The position numbers were made by a program, and so were the translations under genes. The notes beneath the pieces are model-generated. The model searched no databases and was not told where the DNA came from. It worked only from the letters and a program-made list of their open reading frames with translations. A stretch of 32,000 nt of DNA from Micrococcus luteus NCTC 2665 (GTDB lineage Bacteria > Actinomycetota > Actinomycetes > Actinomycetales > Micrococcaceae), in assembly GCF_000023205.1 (NCBI RefSeq), contig NC_012803.1:390001-422000 (forward strand), in the 5' to 3' direction. Numbering within the stretch: position 1 is the stretch's first letter; each line of letters starts with the position of its first letter. Positions 1 to 6,805 of this stretch are shown one piece after another.

Positions 1-1329
1 CACTACCAGGGCCCGCAGATCCCCTCGGACGTGGACTGGGAGACCGTGGAGGCCGGGGCGGACGTCCTCGTGCGGGGCATGGGCCTGAACGCGTTCGACC
101 TGCTGGCCCAGCTCACCCAGGGCCGGGGCGGGGTGTACCGCCGCACCGGCGACGGACCCGGCCGGGCCCTGCGGTACGAGCCGTCGGGGGACGAGCCGCG
201 CCTGCACCTGATGTCCCGTCGCGGCATCCCGTACCTGCCCAAGGCCGAGGTGGACGCCTTCGTGCCCCGCGGCGTCACCCTCAGCTACCTCTCCGACGCC
301 GCCGTGGACGCCCTCGCCGCCCGGCACGGGGCCCTGGACCTCGCCGAGCACCTCTGGCCGCTGCTGCACCGCGACGTGGTCCGGCACTACTACGCCACGC
401 TCGTCCGGGCCCAGCCCGAGATCCTCGGCGGCCCCGTCGAGGCGCGGCGGTTCCTCGGGGAGCTCGTCGGCCAGCTCGAGGAGGCCGGCCGCGGCGCCCC
501 CGTGACCTCCGCGCACGCCGAGGAGCTCCTCCAGCGGTACGCCCCCGGCCGCCGCTTCCTCGACATCCGGGCCTATGGGTCCCCGTTCGAGGACGCCGTG
601 TTCGCCTCCCATGAGGACTATCAGCGGGCCGTCGCGGACCTCATGGAGCAGGCGTGCGTGGAGGCCGCCCTCGGGGAGGAGTCCCCGTTCATGATGGCCG
701 TCGGCGCGCTCCATGCGGGCCGACTGCGGATCAAGGCATGGATCGCCGAGGGCCGGATCGCCGAGGCCTCCCGCATCCGGGACGTCCAGGGCTGGTTCGA
801 GCCGCTGGTCGAGGGCCTCGCCTCCGGCCCGCCCCTGTGGCGCGTCGAGCAGATGCTCGCGGTGCACCGGGCCGGCCTGCTCACCTGGGCCGGTCCCGCG
901 CCCGTGGTCGAGGCCGAGGACCACGGGTTCACCGCCCGCAGCCCCCAGGTGGGAGCGCAGGACTCGCTGGAGCCCGCCGTCGTCGAGGGGGCCTGGCTGG
1001 TGGAGGCGATGATGCCGCCCAACCGCGTGCAGGCCGCCGCCTCCCCGCTGGTCCGTCAGATGCTGGCGGACGGCGTCGCCGAGGCCGGGACGTGGGAGGA
1101 CGAGGAGGGTGTGCGCGTGCCCGCCCCCGGCTTCGACGTCACCGCCCGCCCGTACCGGCTGCGGGCCGCGGACGGCACGGTCCACGCGGACGTGTTCGTG
1201 CTGGGCCTGCAGCTCTCCGGCGTGCAGTGGGGCACCGCGATCGCGGCCGAGGCCGGGGCCGATCCGGCCGGACGTGCCCTCTTCCTCGCCGACGCCGACG
1301 CCGCCGCGGCGGCCGTGCTCGCCGGCTGA
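1..1329 (+). CDS. FAD/NAD(P)-binding domain protein, 5' end outside window
   Basis: Frame 1 is open from base 1 (HYQGPQIPSD precedes the GTG at 31), so the N-terminus lies left of the window. Stop TGA at 1327-1329. The segment ADVLVRGMGLNAFDLLAQLTQGRGG looks like the second dinucleotide-binding region of actinobacterial FAD-NAD(P)-binding (NAD_binding_9-type) proteins. The family call is from memory only. Confidence 0.7.
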   Translation, partial: HYQGPQIPSDVDWETVEAGADVLVRGMGLNAFDLLAQLTQGRGGVYRRTGDGPGRALRYEPSGDEPRLHLMSRRGIPYLPKAEVDAFVPRGVTLSYLSDAAVDALAARHGALDLAEHLWPLLHRDVVRHYYATLVRAQPEILGGPVEARRFLGELVGQLEEAGRGAPVTSAHAEELLQRYAPGRRFLDIRAYGSPFEDAVFASHEDYQRAVADLMEQACVEAALGEESPFMMAVGALHAGRLRIKAWIAEGRIAEASRIRDVQGWFEPLVEGLASGPPLWRVEQMLAVHRAGLLTWAGPAPVVEAEDHGFTARSPQVGAQDSLEPAVVEGAWLVEAMMPPNRVQAAASPLVRQMLADGVAEAGTWEDEEGVRVPAPGFDVTARPYRLRAADGTVHADVFVLGLQLSGVQWGTAIAAEAGADPAGRALFLADADAAAAAVLAG

Positions 1330-1337
1330 GCCCCCAC

Positions 1338-1386
1338 GACGACGGCGGGGCCGCCCGGGTGGATCCCGGACGGCCCCGCCGTCGTC
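1338..1386. terminator. GC-rich hairpin between convergent genes (bidirectional terminator candidate)
   Basis: Perfect 16-bp stem GACGACGGCGGGGCCG (1338-1353) / CGGCCCCGCCGTCGTC (1371-1386) plus an inner 5-bp stem CCGGG/CCCGG. Lies between the stops at 1329 (+) and 1414 (-). No T-tract. Confidence 0.6.
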
Positions 1387-1413
1387 ATGCCGGATGCGGC
1401 GCCCCGCCTCCCG

Positions 1414-4122
1414 TCAGGGACGGACCGGCCCGCGGCCCTTGCCGGGGTGCTCCGGGCCGTGGCCCTTGCCCGGGTGGTCGCCGCCGTGGCCCGGGGTCGC
1501 GCCCACGCAGCGCAGCCACTCGCGCACGGAGTTCGCGGGCTTGCCCGGCACGCCGCGCGGATCGGTCACGCCGTCGCAGGTCTCGCCCGGGGAGGGCTCC
1601 GGCTCCGGGGTCGGCTCGGTCACGGGCGCGTCGAGCTGGAGGCCCACCAGGATCGGGTTGTGGTCCGAGGACCGCCACTGGTCCGCGGAGTACAGGTCCT
1701 CGGCCACGTAGTTGTGGCGCGAGTACTCCAGGGCCACGGATTCGTTCGCGTTGATCATCCAGATGTCCTGGCCGGAGATCGCCGCGGCCGCGGACGGCGA
1801 GGCGTAGATCCCGTCCAGGCTGCCGACGGCGCCGCCGAACGCGTACGAGTACTCGCCCGTGAGCGCTCCCTGCGAGACGTACCCGGCCGCCTCGAGCACG
1901 CGGATCGGGTCCTCCTTCTCGTAGGAGTTGAAGTCGCCCATGAGCAGGACGCGGTCGGTGCCGGTCTCGGCCTTCATGCGCTCGGCGAAGGCCACGAGGG
2001 CCTCGGCCTGGCCCACGCGGTCCGCGTTGTACGCGCCCTGGCCGTCGCCCGTGTCCACGTTGTCCCCGGTCGCACCGGAGCCGCCCTTGGACTTGAAGTG
2101 GTTGGTGATCGCCACGAACTCGGTGCCGGCCGCCCCCACGGACGTGCCGTCGGCGGCGCGGAACAGCTGCGCCATTGGCTCGCGGGCGTTGTCGAAGTTC
2201 GTCTGGTCGTCCAGGATCACCGACTCGCCCACCGGAGTGACCTCGGCCGGTTGGTAGATGAACGCGGAGCGGATGACGTCCTCGTCCGCGAGCGCTGGGC
2301 GGGCGGCCGGGGAGGCGACGAAGGCCCAGCGCTGCTCGCCGGCCTGCGCGTTGAGGGCCTCCACGAGGTGGGCCAGCGCGTGGTCCCGGTCGAGGCCGAA
2401 CTTCTCGGAGTTCTCGATCTCCTCGAGCGCGACCACCGAGGTGTCGAGGCCGTTGATCGCGGCCGCGATCTTCTCCTGCTGGCGGGCGAACGCCTCGGGG
2501 GTGTGGGCGCCGCGCGGCAGGCAGCCGTTCGTGGTGACGGGGGTGCCGGCGCGGTCGCGGTAGGTGCTGCAGCCGGCCACGTCCTGGCCCAGGGTCGTGA
2601 AGTAGTTGAGCACGTTGAAGCTGCCGACGGTGACGTTGCCGCCGACTGTCTCGGGGGCGGCCTCGGCCGGGCGGGTGTCCTCGATCGTCACGGGCTGGAC
2701 GGCGGCCGCCGTGGCGTCGGTGAGGTGGCCCAGCGGCTGGAAGGACCACGCGTCGAAGCGCCAGTCGAGGATGACTCCGGTGGTGAACTCCAGGCCCGCG
2801 CCCACGCGCACCGGCTGGTCCGCGTCCAGGTACGGCAGTGGGTTCTGGTTGCCCGGCGAGCGCATGAAGTTCGTGGTGGCCCCGTCGTCGAGCACGATCA
2901 GCTGCTGCGCGTTGGCGGCCGCGACGGCCTGCGCCTCGGCGCCGGGCCGGGCCACCGACGTCGGATTGTCCAGCGGCTTCGTGCCGGGGACGACGCCGAG
3001 GGAGCCGTACTGGTTGAGGGAGTAGTTGTCCGTGACCGTCCAGTCGCCCTGCTGGGCGAGGACCATGCCCTCGAGCGCTTCGCGTCCGGCCTCATCCAGC
3101 GGGAACTCCACCGGCGTGGGGGCCACGGCGCCGGGCTCGGCGACCGGCAGCACGCCGCCGGCGGCGACCTTGATCTGCGTGAGGCCGTAGTGCTCGGCCG
3201 CTTCGCCCGTGACCTGGACGTGGTCGCCGAGCGCCACGGAGCCGACCGTGTCCGGCGAGTACACGAACACGCCGTCGGAGGCGCCCGGGGTGGCGTCGGG
3301 GGTGTCGCCGCCGGTGCCGGCGGTCTGGATGTAGTAGCCGTCGTAGCCGCCCGTGGAGTACACGGCGGTGTCGCCGCCGGTGGTGGTCACCTGGCGCCCG
3401 GCGTACGGGGTGGCCGTGCCGGTGCCCTGGAGCTGGGCGATGGTGATCCGCTCGGCCGGAGTCGGCTGCGGCTCGGGCTCCGGGGTCGGCTCGCCGCCGG
3501 TGGCGGCGGCGTTGGTCGGGGTGAGCTGGTCGGTGACGGCGAAGTCGGCGCTGTTGTCGTCCGTGTCCACGCCGTTCGTGCGGGTGAGGGACTTCGGGTC
3601 CGCGTTGGCCGAGGGGGCGCCGGCGGCCGTTGTTTCGAAGGTGTTGGTGGCGCCGTAGCCGAGCACGTCCGTGACGCCCGGCACCTGACCGGTCACCACG
3701 GAGCCGACCGGCAGGTCCGTCACGGTGCCCGCCTGGCGCGCGAGCACGATCGTGCCCTTGGTGCCCGCGGGGTTGAACGCCCCGCCGGCCACGAGGTCCG
3801 CCTGCGGCAGGACGGCGCCCGCGGTGCCGTTGGAGCTGCCGGAGACCAGGAAGTGGCCCTTTGCGGGCACCGTGCCGGACAGCGCGACCGTGCCCTGGGT
3901 CGCGGCCGTGCCGGTGGCGGAGCGGTACTGCAGGGACCAGCCGTCGAGGCTGATCGGCTGGTCGGTGGGGTTGTAGAGCTCCACGAACTTGTGGGTGTAC
4001 ACGGCGTTCGCGGAGCCGCCGTTGGTGTACGCCTCGTTGATGACGAGGGAGTCGCCGGCCGGGCTGGCCTGGGAGGGCAGGGCCACGGCGGGGGCGAGCA
4101 GGGCCAGGGCGGCGGTGGTCAC
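1414..4122 (-). CDS. nucH: ExeM/NucH-family secreted endonuclease (lamin-tail domain + endonuclease/exonuclease/phosphatase domain) with HPGKG repeat tail
   Basis: 902-aa ORF. N-terminal hydrophobic signal-like segment TTAALALLAPAVALPSQA. LTD-like LVINEAYTNGG...FVELYNPTDQPISLDGWSLQY. EEP motifs VGSFNVLNYF and SDHNPILVGL. C-terminus ends DHPGKGHGPEHPGKGRGPVRP. The start is uncertain: GTG 4122 has no SD, and an SD-preceded ATG at 4157 is 1 nt out of frame (see findings). Confidence 0.9.
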   Translation of the reverse strand: MTTAALALLAPAVALPSQASPAGDSLVINEAYTNGGSANAVYTHKFVELYNPTDQPISLDGWSLQYRSATGTAATQGTVALSGTVPAKGHFLVSGSSNGTAGAVLPQADLVAGGAFNPAGTKGTIVLARQAGTVTDLPVGSVVTGQVPGVTDVLGYGATNTFETTAAGAPSANADPKSLTRTNGVDTDDNSADFAVTDQLTPTNAAATGGEPTPEPEPQPTPAERITIAQLQGTGTATPYAGRQVTTTGGDTAVYSTGGYDGYYIQTAGTGGDTPDATPGASDGVFVYSPDTVGSVALGDHVQVTGEAAEHYGLTQIKVAAGGVLPVAEPGAVAPTPVEFPLDEAGREALEGMVLAQQGDWTVTDNYSLNQYGSLGVVPGTKPLDNPTSVARPGAEAQAVAAANAQQLIVLDDGATTNFMRSPGNQNPLPYLDADQPVRVGAGLEFTTGVILDWRFDAWSFQPLGHLTDATAAAVQPVTIEDTRPAEAAPETVGGNVTVGSFNVLNYFTTLGQDVAGCSTYRDRAGTPVTTNGCLPRGAHTPEAFARQQEKIAAAINGLDTSVVALEEIENSEKFGLDRDHALAHLVEALNAQAGEQRWAFVASPAARPALADEDVIRSAFIYQPAEVTPVGESVILDDQTNFDNAREPMAQLFRAADGTSVGAAGTEFVAITNHFKSKGGSGATGDNVDTGDGQGAYNADRVGQAEALVAFAERMKAETGTDRVLLMGDFNSYEKEDPIRVLEAAGYVSQGALTGEYSYAFGGAVGSLDGIYASPSAAAAISGQDIWMINANESVALEYSRHNYVAEDLYSADQWRSSDHNPILVGLQLDAPVTEPTPEPEPSPGETCDGVTDPRGVPGKPANSVREWLRCVGATPGHGGDHPGKGHGPEHPGKGRGPVRP
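1434..1479 (-). repeat. Two coding repeat units (HPGKG) at the 3' end of nucH
   Basis: The + strand 19-mer GGCCCTTGCCCGGGTGGTC is at 1461-1479. A 17/19 variant GGCCCTTGCCGGGGTGCTC is at 1434-1452, a 27-nt period. The same core recurs in the neighbouring nucleotidase gene. Confidence 0.9.
1601..1618 (-). repeat. Exact 18-nt intragenic repeat encoding the EPTPEPEP linker
   Basis: GGCTCCGGGGTCGGCTCG occurs at 1601-1618 and again at 3476-3493. Both copies lie inside nucH and encode the Pro/Thr/Glu linkers TEPTPEPEPSP and GEPTPEPEPQP. Confidence 0.85.
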
Positions 4123-4187
4123 CGCGGTGCGCGCGGCGAAGCGGGGCAGGGGGTCATGTCGTCCTCGTCTCGATCTCTCTCGATGGG

Positions 4188-6440
4188 TCAGCGCGGCAGG
4201 CCCGCGGCGGTCAGCCAGGCATGGGCGGAGAAGACGGGGTGCGTGGCGGCGCCGCGCTGCACGCCGCGGCCCTTGCCCGGGTGGTCCTCGCCCTTCACGC
4301 GGCCCTTGCCCGGGTGGTCGGCGCCCTTGTCATGGCCCTTGCCCGGGTGGGTCGGGGCGGGCTGCTCCGGCTCGGTGGGGGTCGGGGCCGCGGTGACCTC
4401 GAGGGCATGGCGCACCACGGTCGTGCTGCCGTCGGCGTAGCGCACGGTCATCACGAGCTCGCCCGTGCCCGCAGCGGCGGGGGCGGTGATCCCGGAGAGC
4501 GTGACGGTCTCGGAACCCGTGGGGACTGCCACGGTGCCCAGGGCGGTCTCGGCACCGTCGGTCGTGCGGAAGGCGACGTCGACCGCGGTCGCCGCGGGGG
4601 CGCCGTCGGAGTCCACCACGAGGTCCCCGAGGGTCAGGCCGACGGCCTGCCCGGCCTCGACCGAGGCGGGGGCGTCGGTGACCGGCACGCCGTTCTTGCC
4701 GAAGTCCGGGGCGACGGCGCCGTGGGCCGCGTCCTGGGCGCGGGCGTAGTCCGTGATCGCCTGGGAGTCCAGCAGGCCCATGTTCACGAAGTTCTGGCGG
4801 CCGGTCGCGAAGGCGGTGTAGCCGTCGGGGGCCTTGGTCGGGTCCCCGAGCGTCGTCCAGGTGTCGTCGGCCAGGAACGACTGGCTGGCCACCGTGTACA
4901 TGCGGTCCGCCTGGAGCGGCTCGCCGTCGATCCACACGCCGGTCACCTTGTCCCCCTGCGGGCGGGACTCGTCGTAGGTCCAGGTCAGCTCCTCGGACCA
5001 GCCGAGGGTGAACTTGCGCACGTCGTTCCGCCAGTTCTCCTCGAGGGCCAGCTTGATGGAGGAGCCCGGGATGTCGAAGTAGGTGATGGTGTTGCCGAAC
5101 GGCGCCATGTCGAGCAGCTCGCCCAGGGTGAGGCGACCGACGAGGTCGGCCGGCTTGGCCGGGAACGCGCCGCCGTCGGTGAAGCGGTCCGTCAGCAGCT
5201 CGGAGCGCAGGCCGCCGGGGTTGGTCACGCCGAGGTCCACCTCGGGGTTCGCCTGCTCGGCGGCGTGCTTGACGGCGTCGCCCACCCAGGTGCCCAGGGT
5301 GGTCTCGGCGGCGCGCGTGCCGCCGGCCTTCCAGGAGCCGCCGGCGTCGATCAGCTTCTGGTAGTCCGTGGTGATGGAGGCGGACAGGTCGGCCACGACC
5401 TCGCCCTGCAGGTCCTCGAAGACCGCGACGGCCTCCTGCTCGATCGCGTACACCTGGGCGGTGACGGGGGATTCCGCGGCGGCCTCGGCGGGGGCCTGCG
5501 TGGACCGGGTCAGCAGGCGCGGGGTGAGTCCGGTGACCTCGCCGTCGGCGCCCACGGTCAGCTCGACGGCGGCCAGGTGGCTGCCGGAGGCGCCCGCCTG
5601 GATCACGGGGCGGTGGGCGCCGCCGGCCGTGGTGTCGTACTGGTAGAGCTGGTGGGTGTGGGCGTTGAAGATGACGTCCACGGCGGAGGAGGTCTCGCCG
5701 ACGATCCGGTCGAACTCGGCCCGGGCCGCCCGCTCTGCGGCCAGCTCGCCCGCACCGGCGGCGCCGTCGTGGTACGAGGCCACGATCACGTCGGCGGCGT
5801 CCTGGGCCGCCAGCTCGTCGGCGACCGCGTTCACGGCGGCGACCTCGTCGAGGACCTCGTTGCCCTTCAGACCCGCGCCGGTGGTGGTCGCGTACAGCTC
5901 GTTGGGGGAGGCGCCGATGACGGCGACGCGCACGCCGTCGACGTCGAAGACGGCGTGCGAGGTGAGGACGGGCTCCTTGCTCGTCGGGTCCACCAGGTTG
6001 GCGGAGAGCACCGGGAACTGGGCCCGGGACTCCACGCGGCCCTGCAGGTCGTCCAGGCCCTTGTCGAACTCGTGGTTGCCGGCGGTCAGCGAGGCCAGGC
6101 CGAGCGCGTTCATCACGTCGATCGTCGGGTTGTCCTGCTGCACGTTGGACACGGACTTCGAGCCGCCGATCAGGTCGCCGGCGCTGGTCAGCAGCGTGGA
6201 GCCGGCGCCGTGCTCGGCCTCGAACGCGGTGCGGTAGTCCTCCACGGTGTCCGCGAACTGCGTGCCGATGTAGTCCCCGGACAGCGCGCCGTGGAAGTCG
6301 TTGAAGGACAGGATCGAGATGGTGGTCTCGTCCGCGGCGGCCGTCTCGACGGCCAGGGCGGGCGCCGCACTCGCGGGCGCGAGGACGAGGACGGTGCAGG
6401 CGGCCGTGGTGACGGCACGGCGGCGGAACAGGCTGGGCAT
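4188..6440 (-). CDS. Secreted bifunctional metallophosphatase/5'-nucleotidase (UshA-like) with HPGKG repeat tail
   Basis: ATG at 6440-6438 is preceded by GGGGAGAG (rc of 6443-6450). Signal-like MPSLFRRRAVTTAACTVLVLAPASAAPALA. Metallophosphatase motifs SFNDFHG, GNHEFD, NAHTHQ, followed by a 5'-nucleotidase C-terminal region. The tail is THPGKGHDKGADHPGKGRVKGEDHPGKGRG. The track ORF extends to 6821, but those extra codons run through tRNA-Ser. Confidence 0.92.
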   Translation of the reverse strand: MPSLFRRRAVTTAACTVLVLAPASAAPALAVETAAADETTISILSFNDFHGALSGDYIGTQFADTVEDYRTAFEAEHGAGSTLLTSAGDLIGGSKSVSNVQQDNPTIDVMNALGLASLTAGNHEFDKGLDDLQGRVESRAQFPVLSANLVDPTSKEPVLTSHAVFDVDGVRVAVIGASPNELYATTTGAGLKGNEVLDEVAAVNAVADELAAQDAADVIVASYHDGAAGAGELAAERAARAEFDRIVGETSSAVDVIFNAHTHQLYQYDTTAGGAHRPVIQAGASGSHLAAVELTVGADGEVTGLTPRLLTRSTQAPAEAAAESPVTAQVYAIEQEAVAVFEDLQGEVVADLSASITTDYQKLIDAGGSWKAGGTRAAETTLGTWVGDAVKHAAEQANPEVDLGVTNPGGLRSELLTDRFTDGGAFPAKPADLVGRLTLGELLDMAPFGNTITYFDIPGSSIKLALEENWRNDVRKFTLGWSEELTWTYDESRPQGDKVTGVWIDGEPLQADRMYTVASQSFLADDTWTTLGDPTKAPDGYTAFATGRQNFVNMGLLDSQAITDYARAQDAAHGAVAPDFGKNGVPVTDAPASVEAGQAVGLTLGDLVVDSDGAPAATAVDVAFRTTDGAETALGTVAVPTGSETVTLSGITAPAAAGTGELVMTVRYADGSTTVVRHALEVTAAPTPTEPEQPAPTHPGKGHDKGADHPGKGRVKGEDHPGKGRGVQRGAATHPVFSAHAWLTAAGLPR
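4268..4353 (-). repeat. Three 33-nt-spaced coding repeat units (HPGKG) at the 3' end of the nucleotidase gene
   Basis: GGCCCTTGCCCGGGTGGTC is exact at 4268-4286 and 4301-4319. Its first 17 nt are exact at 4334-4350. The units are in frame with an 11-aa period. Confidence 0.9.
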
Positions 6441-6514
6441 GGCTCTCCCCGGGATGCGTGATGACAGAGGTGCGCCGCCGGTGGACGGCGGGGTGACGCG
6501 CCGAGTCCACCACA

Positions 6515-6536
6515 TCCAGGTGGCCCCCAGGTGAAC
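6515..6536 (-). promoter_or_regulatory. PHO-box-like pair of 11-nt direct repeats upstream of the nucleotidase gene
   Basis: The minus strand reads GTTCACCTGGG GGCCACCTGGA. Unit 1 fits the Streptomyces PhoP repeat-unit consensus G(G/T)TCAYYYR(G/C)G at 11/11 positions, unit 2 at 9/11. The proximal edge is 75 nt upstream of ATG 6440. Confidence 0.5.
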
Positions 6537-6572
6537 GAGAGGCGGCGGGCCGTCCGGCCCGCCGCCTCTCGT
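6535..6572. terminator. GC-rich hairpin downstream of tRNA-Ser
   Basis: ACGAGAGGCGGCGGGC (6535-6550) pairs perfectly with GCCCGCCGCCTCTCGT (6557-6572), loop CGTCCG. It lies 11 nt beyond the tRNA 3' end. Confidence 0.6.
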
Positions 6573-6582
6573 CGTGTGCACG

Positions 6583-6670
6583 CGGATGGTGAGGGATTCG
6601 AACCCTCGGCACGGGGTCACCGCGCACCGGTTTTCAAGACCGGCTCCTTCGGCCGCTCGGACAACCATCC
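6583..6670 (-). tRNA. tRNA-Ser (anticodon UGA)
   Basis: The reverse complement reads GGATGGTTGTCCGAGCGGCCGAAGGAGCCGGTCTTGAAAACCGGTGCGCGGTGACCCCGTGCCGAGGGTTCGAATCCCTCACCATCCG. Acceptor GGATGGT/ACCATCC, anticodon arm CCGGT-CTTGAAA-ACCGG, long variable arm, T-loop GGTTCGAATCC. CCA is not encoded. Confidence 0.93.
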
Positions 6671-6805
6671 CGGGCCTGACAGCGACGGCGTGGGCCGCCG
6701 CGTCGAGGACCCACTCTAGCCCGTGGCCCGGCGGGCGACCGGTGGCGAGTCCGGCCCCCGCGCGCGAGGATGGACCCTCGACCCCCGACCAGAGGAGGAG
6801 ACCCC

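Noticed and set aside
4268-4353. 33-nt periodic repeat considered as a mini CRISPR array
   Set aside because: There are only three units and the 'spacers' are 14 nt. The units are in frame inside a CDS, encode a peptide repeat, and also occur in nucH with a different period. No cas genes are present.
1387-4440. 1017-aa + strand ORF (and the 454-aa minus ORF at 1385-2749) overlapping nucH
   Set aside because: It is antisense or alternative-frame to a gene with clear domain motifs. The translation is Gly/Arg/Ala/Val-rich with no motifs. Long stop-free frames are expected on all strands at this GC content.
4221-6627. 746-aa + ORF and 765-aa minus alternative-frame ORF overlapping the nucleotidase gene
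   Set aside because: Same reasoning. These are Arg/Gly/Pro-rich low-complexity translations, whereas the nucleotidase frame carries all the catalytic motifs.
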